From IMG/VR virus record IMGVR_UViG_3300032257_000014, positions 1-59,529 of that record: 59,529 bases of DNA; one strand, written 5' to 3'. The notes beneath the pieces are model-generated. The model searched no databases. It was given only the letters and a program-made list of their open reading frames with translations, and was not told the DNA's origin. The translations under genes and the position numbers were made by a program. Source of the stretch: a virus (Duplodnaviria; Caudoviricetes). Below, one piece after another: positions 46,025 through 55,694 of this stretch (positions are counted from its first letter, which is position 1; each line of letters opens with the position of its first letter).

Positions 46025-48231
46025 TAAAGTCTCCGCAAAGCTGGAGTAACTAAAGTACGTTCAAGACGATCATCAGACATAGGTTCAACATAGTAGCTAT
46101 TTATTTCACTAGCTAAATTCTTAATGTACTCTTCAGTAGCACCAAGATCGATAGCAAGAGCTAAAGCACGGTAGATTTTAATAGAGCGTTCACCTTTATC
46201 AGCTTCAAACGCAAAGTTGAACGTCTCACGAGGATCTTCCAACTTCAAACTTTTATCTTTAGTAGGTAACTGTGCAGCAGGCTTAGGTTTATCTTTCATA
46301 CGTAATGCAGCATTTTCAAGAATAAACTTAGTCTTAACAGTTTTACCACCCATTTGTGACAATATATTTCTATCAGCAAATGATAAAAATATCTGACTCT
46401 GAGGTAACACATCAATTACTAAACCTAATTCGTCAGCAAGTTCCTCAATGAAAACTTTCCACAAACGTTCATCGATATCGACTATTGAATCTAGTTCCAA
46501 TATAACTCTGAATTTAAATTCATTGTCAGGATCACTGGTACGAACTACGTAATGATTATATTCATTAAGTAAATGATGCGCTTCTATGTCAGTTAACATG
46601 GATTTATCAATATCCAATATAACAAACTTAGTACCACCGTATAAATTTTCTTTTTTACGTTCACCATCAGTAAACGCAAATGAGCAGTAGCACGCATTTT
46701 CTTTTAACAGTAACTCGAGTTCTTCAAAATTAGTTTCATAGAACTCGTACCCACTGCTAGAATTTCGTGCCATATACTCTTTTATTTCAGCACCAGTTTC
46801 AGCTGAGTTCATCTGGAATATCTTATACGACACACCAACTACATCTGTCTGCACTAACTCACGATACTGAATACCACCTTCGCTCATTGTGTAAGATCCA
46901 TTTTCATCATAGCTATTAGCCAGGGTGATCATTTCCTCTACTTTACTGCGAGATGCTCCAGTGCCGGTTATGTAAGATAACTTACGTAATTCATGCAAAG
47001 ATAAGAAAAATTCCCCTTCCTCTGCTTTATAACGACACATGTCAGACAGTTGTTCATAGGGCTCTTTTACAAGTTCCTTTTCGAACTCTGTCATATCCGG
47101 TGATAAGAACTCAACAGTATTAATTGCATAAGCAAATATTTCTTCTGTGACTTCAGTTTCATTTTCCAAAATTGCATAAGTACCAGCCAGCTTTAATGCT
47201 AACCATTGCTTATGTTTACGACTCAGCTTAGAAATTGGATATTTACCTGATTGTTCGTCAGATACAATTGAATTGTACTCTAAGTACACATCAAACAGCT
47301 TTTGAGCTTCGTCAGCTACCGATAACGGTGTTCGAGTAGTATCTTCAACTAAGTCAGCTGTTAATGCATTAAGCTTCACCTGTGCACTCAGTACACGTTT
47401 ACGTTCAGCTTCTTTTTTAGTATAAAGTTCATCAATAGTTTTAATATCTAACTTTTGAGGAGCTTCAGGTGTAAAAGTAAATATACTTCTACGAGCCAAT
47501 TGGGTATTAAATACCAATCGGAATTTATTCTTAATTTCGTTGTTATAAAGTATTGCTTCTTGCGAACCGAAGAACAACGCATTAACCGGTAGATTCTTAA
47601 CTGCACCAGTTTGGTTCTCCGTAGATTTAACAATCTTTGGAGGAATGTTACCTAAGTCATAGGCCACTGCGATAATTTTGATAATATCTACAATAGCACC
47701 ATTAGTTTGTAGTTCAGATCCTATCTCTGAGCTTAATATAGAGCCAGCACCCATAGGGTTCTGCGCTATATCAGCAAAGTGATGCATCAAACCTTCAACA
47801 GTACCCAAACCAGCTTGTAGTGGTTTAGGGGCTACATAGTGTTTCTGCCAATCATGCTCAGTATCACCCTCAAGTATTGCAAGCTTTACAGCTTTCTCCC
47901 GGGCATACTCCTTACGCTGATCCTCGAGGTGCTCATAGCCTGTAGCGAGTGACTTGCGTAAAGTGTTCAACGATTTATCTTTAGAAGTACCAGAGGCACT
48001 CAGAGCGAATACAATGGCATTAGTTGGAACTAAAGTACCATCATGTAACTGAATTGGCTTACGTAGATGAGATGAAAATGTAATTAACTCAGCTAGCGTA
48101 ATTGCCAATTTCAACTTAAAAGGAACTTCACCTGAAATAGTATTGATACCGTTTTCAATAATATCTGGGTATGGACCCAGATCTATAGTCCTTTTATCAA
48201 TGTAGTCCTTTAAAAGTTTTTTCGTACTCAT
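46024..48231 (-). CDS. Helicase-primase: N-terminal DUF3987-like P-loop domain, C-terminal AEP-like primase and PriCT-like helices
   Basis: SASGTSKD, GTVEG, SSEIG, LARR; then VILDID, VRTS...KFRVILEL, GERS. Confidence 0.65.
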   Translation of the reverse strand: MSTKKLLKDYIDKRTIDLGPYPDIIENGINTISGEVPFKLKLAITLAELITFSSHLRKPIQLHDGTLVPTNAIVFALSASGTSKDKSLNTLRKSLATGYEHLEDQRKEYAREKAVKLAILEGDTEHDWQKHYVAPKPLQAGLGTVEGLMHHFADIAQNPMGAGSILSSEIGSELQTNGAIVDIIKIIAVAYDLGNIPPKIVKSTENQTGAVKNLPVNALFFGSQEAILYNNEIKNKFRLVFNTQLARRSIFTFTPEAPQKLDIKTIDELYTKKEAERKRVLSAQVKLNALTADLVEDTTRTPLSVADEAQKLFDVYLEYNSIVSDEQSGKYPISKLSRKHKQWLALKLAGTYAILENETEVTEEIFAYAINTVEFLSPDMTEFEKELVKEPYEQLSDMCRYKAEEGEFFLSLHELRKLSYITGTGASRSKVEEMITLANSYDENGSYTMSEGGIQYRELVQTDVVGVSYKIFQMNSAETGAEIKEYMARNSSSGYEFYETNFEELELLLKENACYCSFAFTDGERKKENLYGGTKFVILDIDKSMLTDIEAHHLLNEYNHYVVRTSDPDNEFKFRVILELDSIVDIDERLWKVFIEELADELGLVIDVLPQSQIFLSFADRNILSQMGGKTVKTKFILENAALRMKDKPKPAAQLPTKDKSLKLEDPRETFNFAFEADKGERSIKIYRALALAIDLGATEEYIKNLASEINSYYVEPMSDDRLERTLVTPALRRL

Positions 48232-49052
48232 TATACACCTACACTTTTAGACACAGATTCGAAGAATTCAACTTCGTCAAATCGTTCACCAATATTCATT
48301 GTTCCATCTAACTCTAATGCTTGACCATAGCCAGATGCTAAGTTTTTACCATACTCTTCTTCAATTATTGCAAAAAAGAATTTACGTAAAAGACGATCAT
48401 TAACTACGCTTGACATAGAACTAACTGATTTAGGAGTTTTATGTGAAAATAGTGGAATAGACGCAAAGAAATTACTACGCTCTCTACCACTACAAATATT
48501 AGAAATTGGCAATATCAACATGATTTTAATAAAAATATGCTGACGTTCAAGTTCTTCAATAGTAGCTAGTAGTTTAGCTACATTAGCACGTACTGTGTCA
48601 TTACCAACATGAGAGTTATAACTAACACTAATGTATAATTCATAAAAGAAATCAATGTACTGATGTGATGGTGACATTACGCAATCAGGTTCACCGTTTG
48701 CATACTTGCCAACATCAAAATCAACTTTAGTACCATCATTGGTATAACGAAAATTTTCATACACTTCTTCAGTGATTAATCCACGTTTATGTAAATTAGA
48801 ACGTACTAAATTACGAATAGACTCTTGTTCAGCTTCAGGAAAGTCAGTTTCACCTTTCAATAACATGTCTAATGCTTTTTTATAAGACACACCACAGTTG
48901 TCACTTTGTTTTTGTGTCAATTTTGATACTTCATGACGGAAGTGATCTAAGTTACGAAACATCATAAAGTCTCGAGGACCAATAGATTCACCCCATACTT
49001 TAGGGAATAAATCTGGAAATGGTAGATCTAAGTTAAAGTCGTTAATACTCAT
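48231..49052 (-). CDS. vWA-like partner of the MoxR ATPase
   Basis: DFDVGKYANGEPDC motif, directly downstream of the MoxR AAA gene. Confidence 0.55.
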   Translation of the reverse strand: MSINDFNLDLPFPDLFPKVWGESIGPRDFMMFRNLDHFRHEVSKLTQKQSDNCGVSYKKALDMLLKGETDFPEAEQESIRNLVRSNLHKRGLITEEVYENFRYTNDGTKVDFDVGKYANGEPDCVMSPSHQYIDFFYELYISVSYNSHVGNDTVRANVAKLLATIEELERQHIFIKIMLILPISNICSGRERSNFFASIPLFSHKTPKSVSSMSSVVNDRLLRKFFFAIIEEEYGKNLASGYGQALELDGTMNIGERFDEVEFFESVSKSVGV

Positions 49053-49076
49053 TGTCTGCTCTCCTTAAAAAAAGGG

Positions 49077-49859
49077 CTATGAATTTGTTCTACTATTTTG
49101 ATTTACTTTAAGTAGATCAATCAAGTCATCTATATTAGTGCATTCTGCTTGATCAGTATGTTTAGGCATACTAGCAATAGTTTCTAAATACTTATCGTGT
49201 ATTAATTCACTATTGCCAGTTAACCTATATACATAATCATCAAGTAGATTTAAGTCTTTTCTTTTTTGGTAACGCATTGTGTCACGCATAGAAATTACTT
49301 TAGAAGAGTTCATGTTTTTCATAACATCACGTAACGCAGTAATACGTAGAAATACGTCGTTATCTACTAAAGATTTTTCTAAGTTTTCATCACGATCTAC
49401 ATTGATTTCATCGAATCTGTCTAAAGTAGCAGCATCCAATTTACTACGTCCAACATAATGTTCATGTTGATCCTGGGGATTTGACGTAGCCATTAAACGG
49501 AAATCTTTGTGAAGTTCAATTATACCATCAGGGAATGAAATATATCCATTCTCAATAGTGTTAAGTGCCAATAATACATTTGCATCACCAGCATCTATTT
49601 CATCTAATAAAAATATACCACCATTCTCTGCAACATTTCTTAATTGAGAGGGTATATACGTTCCATTTACACTTAAAAACCCTAATAGGTGTGAAAGTGT
49701 TGTTTGACGAGTCATTGAAATGCTGTAAAAATTAATTTCAAGGTGTTCTGAAACTTGTTTAGCTAATGTAGTTTTACCACTACCTTTTTCACCTGTCAAA
49801 AGAACAGGTATACCGGCATCTACGAGTGTAGAAGTTTCTTTAAACTTATGATGTAACAT
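49077..49859 (-). CDS. MoxR/CobS-like AAA+ ATPase
   Basis: GEKGSGKT, LLDEID, MATSN, LDAATLDRF. Confidence 0.9.
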   Translation of the reverse strand: MLHHKFKETSTLVDAGIPVLLTGEKGSGKTTLAKQVSEHLEINFYSISMTRQTTLSHLLGFLSVNGTYIPSQLRNVAENGGIFLLDEIDAGDANVLLALNTIENGYISFPDGIIELHKDFRLMATSNPQDQHEHYVGRSKLDAATLDRFDEINVDRDENLEKSLVDNDVFLRITALRDVMKNMNSSKVISMRDTMRYQKRKDLNLLDDYVYRLTGNSELIHDKYLETIASMPKHTDQAECTNIDDLIDLLKVNQNSRTNS

Positions 49860-50539
49860 TATGGTTCACCTTCACTACCAGCACTATCCCAAGGTGGTGC
49901 AGCTCTAGAAGTATCATATGTATGAGCCTTTGGTTTTTTAGCGGCAGCAAAATTTGCTTCTTCTCTAGAAAGCAGTATTGCCCTAATTGGTTTTGGTTTA
50001 GTAGTACTTATAACTGTGTAAAAATGTATGTAGGCAGCTAATTGTTCTCTAGTCTTAAAATTCCTAGATTCACCACTATCAGAGAATAGTTCACCAGGTG
50101 AAAAATCATTTTCTGCTGCTTCTGCTTTACCATTAAATAAATTTTCTAATGGCAATTCTGTGTATTCAGCAAGTTTTCCGCTTAAATGCATAACAAGTAA
50201 AAAAGACATAACATCTTCAATATCATATTCTCTTAATTGCTCTGGTATAGAGTTAGGTGTAACACCACGAACAAGTTTACGTACAGCTTGAATTTTCTTA
50301 TAACTACTTTCTAGTATTCTGTAATCTGGATACGTTGTAAGTAATTCTGAGTACATTTTGTGTACTTCCATTTCTGGCAATGCATTAGCTGCTTTACGTA
50401 TTTCAGTAATGCCTTTTTCTAGCACTAGGTATAAAATTGATGGTACTAATAAGTTATTAATACCTTTACTTCTAGACAGTAATGTTTGGAATATATGTAT
50501 AGGTGGAGATTTCTCCACTACAAAAGGTAAAAATTTCAT
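49859..50539 (-). CDS. Hypothetical protein
   Basis: Start reassigned to MKFLPF (GGAG RBS); the ORF-track start lies inside a terminator. Confidence 0.55.
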   Translation of the reverse strand: MKFLPFVVEKSPPIHIFQTLLSRSKGINNLLVPSILYLVLEKGITEIRKAANALPEMEVHKMYSELLTTYPDYRILESSYKKIQAVRKLVRGVTPNSIPEQLREYDIEDVMSFLLVMHLSGKLAEYTELPLENLFNGKAEAAENDFSPGELFSDSGESRNFKTREQLAAYIHFYTVISTTKPKPIRAILLSREEANFAAAKKPKAHTYDTSRAAPPWDSAGSEGEP

Positions 50540-50565
50540 AATAATTGTCTCTCCACAACAGAAAT

Positions 50566-50597
50566 AAAAAAGCCCCACAACTATGTAGGGCTTTTTT
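50566..50597 (-). terminator. Rho-independent terminator (bidirectional form)
   Basis: AAAAAAGCCC...GGGCTTTTTT. Confidence 0.8.
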
Positions 50598-50619
50598 AAA
50601 CTAACAAAAACATCTAGGT

Positions 50620-50964
50620 TTAGATGTATGAGAACTTTGTACCAGGTGCAACGTTAGCAAAGAAACCATTAGTAGCAATAAGCTCTTCAATTTTCTTATT
50701 TAACACAGTACCAGGATTCTGTTCTGAGTACTCAATAGCTTGAGCTTTGATACTTGCAACTACGTCACGAAGTACTTCTACTTTACCTTCAGCTTCCAGC
50801 ATATTAAAAGGCATATTGCCATTAGTTGTGTTTACACGAGGTACAGCAATTTCAGCATCAGTATTGCCATAAGCATCACGAGCAGTAGCTACAGTTTCAG
50901 CAACAGATTCTAGTTTTGCATCGGCTGATAAATCTTTATCAGTTAGAGTTTTAGTAATAGACAT
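50620..50964 (-). CDS. Hypothetical, probably highly expressed protein
   Basis: GGAG RBS, biased codons, followed by a terminator. Confidence 0.6.
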   Translation of the reverse strand: MSITKTLTDKDLSADAKLESVAETVATARDAYGNTDAEIAVPRVNTTNGNMPFNMLEAEGKVEVLRDVVASIKAQAIEYSEQNPGTVLNKKIEELIATNGFFANVAPGTKFSYI

Positions 50965-51019
50965 TTATTTGTCTCCAATATTGGTATCCACAAGTTATAA
51001 AGCAGTGTGGAAAATCCGC

Positions 51020-52429
51020 TTATTTAGGTAACATTCTAGCGTTATGCAAATGCATACCTGCTCTTGAGCAGGCAACATAATAACACCTATACGCTACTAA
51101 ATCTTCTTCAGACTGAATACCACCGTTTTCTCGTATGCTTGTGATCTTAGTATTAAGATCATCTGCTAACTCAACAGTTTCGAATTCAAGCCCTTTTGAG
51201 GTAAATACAGTAGCTATCGTGTAACTTTGATCAACTTTAGCTGACTTAGCTCGTTTAAACACGTCGAACAGATTAATATTTTGACTACGAAAAGCAAGTA
51301 GTAACCTAATAGCATTTTGTATTTCGGTATCTTCAACATGTTCAAGTAAATAATGGAAAAATCCTTTATTTTCTTTACTGCTTGGTTGATCTTGGTAGTA
51401 ATTATACTCTTTAAGTAAGTACTTGTATTTCTTTTGATAAGGTTCTTTACCACTACTAGCAGCCATAAGTGCAAGAGGACATGCAAATATATCAGCAGGT
51501 GTACGTAGTAGTTTAAAGCCTTTACCAGCGTTTAATCGATTATTTATTTCATGAATAATTAAAGCATTAGTCATTGTACAGTATAAGAATTTACCATTCA
51601 TTACTGGTTCATCAGTACCTACGAATTTAAATTCTTCCGTAACTTCTTTTTGCATGAATCGTTCTATACGACTAGCAATATCCGTACTACATCGAAATGA
51701 CTGAGTTAAACTAAGTGTTGGTTCATCTTTTAATTCTTCAAATCCATCTACTAAGTTTAAAAATTGGTATATGGCTTGATGTGTTTCACCAAGTCCTAGT
51801 TTCTTTGGAGCATCAATTAATTTGAATATCTCCAAAACTACTGCAGTTGTATCATTTATCTCATCTAGTATGACAACATCATAACTACAGTCGATAGACT
51901 TTTCTACTAACATTAAGTGAAAATACTTAAGTAAGAAATTAAATGTAGGACTTATTTCTCCAGCAACCATTTTATCAATGTACTTAGTACAAAGACGTAT
52001 TAATTGTTTTTTAGTTGCTGCTGACTCTCCTTTAAAAAAGTCTTCTAAAAATTCATCCATATCAGTAGAAGCAGATACGTAAAACATATCAATTGCTTTA
52101 ATCACTAAAGCTTTTTTCCCGTATGTAATATTCTCAGTAATACATGTATAAGTTAAATCTCCAATATCTTGAGTTGGTTTAACATAGCTATACGCTAATG
52201 CATGCATTGTTTTACATGTAATGTTTGTACCTTTAAATCTTTCTATGCCTTCTGTAACAATCGCTTTGTTAAAAGCAGTATATAAACCTTTTTTAGGGTT
52301 TAGCATTCTAGCTACTTGTTCAGCTAAAAATGACTTACCTGTACCAGCTCCAGCAGATACCATCAGTATTCCGTCTAAGTGCTCAATATGATCTCTTACA
52401 TCATGTTGTTCTGGTGTGTACTTAATCAT
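51020..52429 (-). CDS. SF1 (UvrD/Rep-like) helicase
   Basis: AGAGTGKS, TAFN, TMHALAY, LDEIND, GETHQAIY, LTQSFR, SKGLEF, YVACSRA. Confidence 0.9.
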   Translation of the reverse strand: MIKYTPEQHDVRDHIEHLDGILMVSAGAGTGKSFLAEQVARMLNPKKGLYTAFNKAIVTEGIERFKGTNITCKTMHALAYSYVKPTQDIGDLTYTCITENITYGKKALVIKAIDMFYVSASTDMDEFLEDFFKGESAATKKQLIRLCTKYIDKMVAGEISPTFNFLLKYFHLMLVEKSIDCSYDVVILDEINDTTAVVLEIFKLIDAPKKLGLGETHQAIYQFLNLVDGFEELKDEPTLSLTQSFRCSTDIASRIERFMQKEVTEEFKFVGTDEPVMNGKFLYCTMTNALIIHEINNRLNAGKGFKLLRTPADIFACPLALMAASSGKEPYQKKYKYLLKEYNYYQDQPSSKENKGFFHYLLEHVEDTEIQNAIRLLLAFRSQNINLFDVFKRAKSAKVDQSYTIATVFTSKGLEFETVELADDLNTKITSIRENGGIQSEEDLVAYRCYYVACSRAGMHLHNARMLPK

Positions 52430-52521
52430 AGTAATTCCTAGTTAAATTTAGTGTCCCATACGACCAGAGCAGGGACTTCGCTCATGAGAACTCTATGCAA
52501 GTAGAGGGGTCAGGCAAAATC

Positions 52522-52764
52522 TTATGATGCTTTACCTTCAAGAATCACAGCATGTCCATGGACTTTTCCATCCTTATGGACTTTCCTGTAAATCTTAGTT
52601 GCTCTAAAATTAACAGGTGCACCATCAAGCTCAGCCATGTCATTTATAACAAGTTGAGTTTCATGGTCTATATAAATAATTTCTATTTCACCACCCACCA
52701 GTTCTTCTAATTGACCAACTGCAGGTTTGTGTAATCTGAATAAATTAGTACGTTGATCTGTCAT
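52522..52764 (-). CDS. DUF3846-like protein
   Basis: LEELVGGEIE...INDMA...PVNFRAT...VHGHAVI. Confidence 0.65.
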   Translation of the reverse strand: MTDQRTNLFRLHKPAVGQLEELVGGEIEIIYIDHETQLVINDMAELDGAPVNFRATKIYRKVHKDGKVHGHAVILEGKAS

Positions 52765-52961
52765 AACTTAGGCCACTCAGCTTTACGTTTTTCAAATTCT
52801 GCCGTAGCTTCTTCAATAGCTTTATCAGCCTGAAGTAGTACGGCAGTTACTTTTTGAAAGTATATATGATCTATATTTAAATGATCATGTATGTATAGTA
52901 AATTAAAATCATCTAAAGTTTGTCGAACTTCATTACTGACAAAATCTATATTACTAGGCAT
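52761..52961 (-). CDS. Hypothetical protein
   Basis: AAGGA RBS, ATGA coupling to the next gene. Confidence 0.55.
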   Translation of the reverse strand: MPSNIDFVSNEVRQTLDDFNLLYIHDHLNIDHIYFQKVTAVLLQADKAIEEATAEFEKRKAEWPKL

Positions 52962-53057
52962 AAGTAGTCCTTATTGTCGTGTCGCTGAATTGCCATCTGT
53001 ATGTACTAACGTTTGTTATAGCTACTTCAAACACCAAAACCGTGTCAATACACCATG

Positions 53058-54344
53058 TCAGTACTTTCCTTCTTTAGGTAGATAAACCTGTTCATAGCCA
53101 GAGGTAGAACGATCTAAATCAAAATTATTTTCTATAAAATTAATAACTTGTTCAGGTCTAATGTTTTTATTAAATACTATATTAGGACCATGGTTATCTA
53201 GCATTACTGCAAATATACCAGGTCGTACTTCTGTTAAGCCATTAGCTGTGTTTTCACCACATTCATGACTACCACATTCATATTCAAACTGAGACATAAC
53301 TGTTATATCATCGGGATGTTTTTCTTTAAGTGGGCAATGAAAATGAACAATACAATCTGTTTCAGAAAATCCTTTAAATATAATTCTTTGGCTTTGACCA
53401 CCAACAGATGGTTTAGCTCCCATTGCAATTACATTGTCTGGGCCATCAGTCGTAACATTAACCATTCCATTAGATGTAATGTCATTAAAGTTAGTTTTAC
53501 GAATTGATGTTAAAAATTCAGTATCACTAAGTTTAGTAGCAAAGTGCCCAGTAGTTACACCATTAAATACTTTATAAGCATTTTTATTAATGCACCATTC
53601 AACTACGTGACGTAAAGACCTTGGTATTACAGCAGAATCCCAGCTTACAGGATTTCCAGCTATCACAGTAGATCTAGTAAACGATAAATGTGATCGATGC
53701 CATGCTATATCAACAAGACGTTTTAGAGCTTGAGCTCTATCTTTGTGATAATGGTAGGCACCTTCTTCAGGAGTAACAATCATGTTACTTCGAGTAGCGG
53801 TATCATTAACTAATACTGCATTAAGTGAACTGGTCTTAAGTAAATTAAGTCCACGTTCAAACATGGTAGCCTGATCAGCATCACATGTAGTTTTAAAACC
53901 TACTACAAAAATATCTTTACGTTCCTTACGAAACATACCAATTAATTTTTCAGCAGGTCGTATTCTCATAAACTGATCACCGAATGATGTCAGTAAACGT
54001 TCTGCATATTTGCTTGAAGCTACTGGATCTTCACCGCCATTAACTGCAACTTCACCTGTGTAATCACATAGTGCCATGTTCATAAATACTATTTTTACAG
54101 AAGTATCATTTATAATATGATTAATTTTTTCTTTGACATCATCATTTGTAACAATGTCACTTTCAGAACATGCCATTTTCGTTAGTATTCTTTGAATATC
54201 GAATTTATTAAATCTATTATCTGAATTAATAATATGATAAATATCTCTAGCAGTTTGTCCAAATGCTGGAGTAGCTAAAGCCAAATGATTTCTTACATGG
54301 GAAAAGGTTCCTCCACCCATGATGACTACTTTTTTGTTTGCCAT
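53058..54344 (-). CDS. Fusion of a CoaB/PPC-synthetase-like ligase and a class II aldolase/adducin domain
   Basis: N-half: KKVVIMGGGT, MALCDY, VVGFK, VLVND. C-half: TGHFA...FLTS, KPSV, IVHFH, CGS, MLDNHG. Confidence 0.75.
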   Translation of the reverse strand: MANKKVVIMGGGTFSHVRNHLALATPAFGQTARDIYHIINSDNRFNKFDIQRILTKMACSESDIVTNDDVKEKINHIINDTSVKIVFMNMALCDYTGEVAVNGGEDPVASSKYAERLLTSFGDQFMRIRPAEKLIGMFRKERKDIFVVGFKTTCDADQATMFERGLNLLKTSSLNAVLVNDTATRSNMIVTPEEGAYHYHKDRAQALKRLVDIAWHRSHLSFTRSTVIAGNPVSWDSAVIPRSLRHVVEWCINKNAYKVFNGVTTGHFATKLSDTEFLTSIRKTNFNDITSNGMVNVTTDGPDNVIAMGAKPSVGGQSQRIIFKGFSETDCIVHFHCPLKEKHPDDITVMSQFEYECGSHECGENTANGLTEVRPGIFAVMLDNHGPNIVFNKNIRPEQVINFIENNFDLDRSTSGYEQVYLPKEGKY

Positions 54345-54360
54345 AACTCTTCTCCAAGAT

Positions 54361-54531
54361 TTATAATTTTTTAGTTTGTTTTAAAATACTAGCTACTGTC
54401 CCTTCAGATACACCAGTTGTTTTTGCAACTTGTGCTTGAGATTGTCCAATTTCATGATAAAAGAAATGAATATTTTGTATTAATTCATCTCGAGTACTAT
54501 ATTTACCAGTAGTAGGTTTTTTATTGCTCAT
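54361..54531 (-). CDS. Small helix-turn-helix protein
   Basis: SQAQVAKTTGVSEGTVASIL. Confidence 0.7.
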   Translation of the reverse strand: MSNKKPTTGKYSTRDELIQNIHFFYHEIGQSQAQVAKTTGVSEGTVASILKQTKKL

Positions 54532-54673
54532 TTTTATTCTTGCGTAGGTACTCATTTAAGTTAAATTCAACAGTTGGATCACCATCTGTTAAGACGTAAA
54601 ATTGAAAAATATCTGACCATTCAATAATGCCAGATTCTTCTAATTCTAGTAAAAAATTTTTTAGTTTACTCAT
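54521..54673 (-). CDS. 50-aa hypothetical protein (not in the ORF track)
   Basis: MSKLKNFLLELEESGIIEW... fills the gap and overlaps the next gene. Confidence 0.45.
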   Translation of the reverse strand: MSKLKNFLLELEESGIIEWSDIFQFYVLTDGDPTVEFNLNEYLRKNKNEQ

Positions 54674-54676
54674 AAG

Positions 54677-54955
54677 CTACTCTTTAAAAGTCATTTGTAC
54701 AGTAGGAACATTTTTCCACCACCATAGAGATATTTTTTCAAGTTTTCGTTTTTCAAAAAAACATAAATCTACAGAAGTACCATTAACTCTCAAACATATT
54801 ACAGAACAGTCACCAAGAACAAATGAGTTATTTCCTGCATGTTCTACTATATATGTATCGTTACCAAATCCATTAAATTGACTATTACCTAAAGGGTTAT
54901 ATTTTTCAGGATTATTAGTAATATGAGCTACTGCTTCATCAACTAAAATACTCAT
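54677..54955 (-). CDS. Hypothetical protein
   Basis: AGGA RBS, in the operon. Confidence 0.5.
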   Translation of the reverse strand: MSILVDEAVAHITNNPEKYNPLGNSQFNGFGNDTYIVEHAGNNSFVLGDCSVICLRVNGTSVDLCFFEKRKLEKISLWWWKNVPTVQMTFKE

Positions 54956-54958
54956 AAT

Positions 54959-55522
54959 TTAATCCTGTCTTATTAGAAATGCTAATTCATCCCAACTTTT
55001 ATATAAGCCAGCTAAATCAGAATTGTTATAAATTGTAAAATCAATGAGTGATTCATCTAAAGAATTTTCACTAACATGTGATCCAACATCACGACATTGG
55101 TCTTTTGCTCTATCTATGTAGATAACCTTACCACCAAGTTGGTGAATAAGTTCAGCTTCATTTGAAAAACGAATATCAGTCATGATAGTAATTGGTGCGA
55201 ATTTGTGAATAGCTCTTTTTTCAATTCTTTCCCTGGCCAGTATTCGCCACATGTCTTTATTGATTAATTCTCGTCCCCACTCAGTTGCAAGTGTTTGCAT
55301 CATAGTTCTTATACTGACAGATAAACTGTCGTGTACTTTACCTGAATCTTTTAAACTCTCTAACTCAGAAATTGTTATATCTAACATAGCTGCTAAACCA
55401 GCTTTCATTGGATAAGCGAATGAATCTTGTAGATACGTACTAACGTCAGTACCTACTATGTAATCTGCTAATGCATTTTTACCACTGCCAGCTTTACCGG
55501 CCAATCCAATTAATTTAGTCAT
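54959..55522 (-). CDS. Deoxynucleoside monophosphate kinase
   Basis: IGLAGKAGSGK, SFAYPMK, RTMMQTLATEWGR, TDIRFSNE, HVSE. Confidence 0.9.
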   Translation of the reverse strand: MTKLIGLAGKAGSGKNALADYIVGTDVSTYLQDSFAYPMKAGLAAMLDITISELESLKDSGKVHDSLSVSIRTMMQTLATEWGRELINKDMWRILARERIEKRAIHKFAPITIMTDIRFSNEAELIHQLGGKVIYIDRAKDQCRDVGSHVSENSLDESLIDFTIYNNSDLAGLYKSWDELAFLIRQD

Positions 55523-55686
55523 GTTGTTCTCACAATTTTATTGCAGTAATTAAATCCTGCTTTAAAACTTAACCATAAATCATTAACTTCATTATCTAGA
55601 TAATCATCGCTATTAACCTTATTGATGAAAAGATCTGAGTTCCATATAAATTTTTCTGAATACCATTTTTCAAAAGCTTCATTCAT
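55519..55686 (-). CDS. 55-aa hypothetical protein (not in the ORF track)
   Basis: AGGA RBS; MNEAFEKW...LWLSFKAG small phage protein pattern. Confidence 0.5.
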   Translation of the reverse strand: MNEAFEKWYSEKFIWNSDLFINKVNSDDYLDNEVNDLWLSFKAGFNYCNKIVRTT

Positions 55687-55694
55687 AATTTTTC

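Noticed and set aside
52476-52515. Hammerhead ribozyme (CUCAUGAG-CGAAG resembles CUGAUGA-GAAA)
   Set aside because: Core nucleotides deviate and the three required stems cannot be built.
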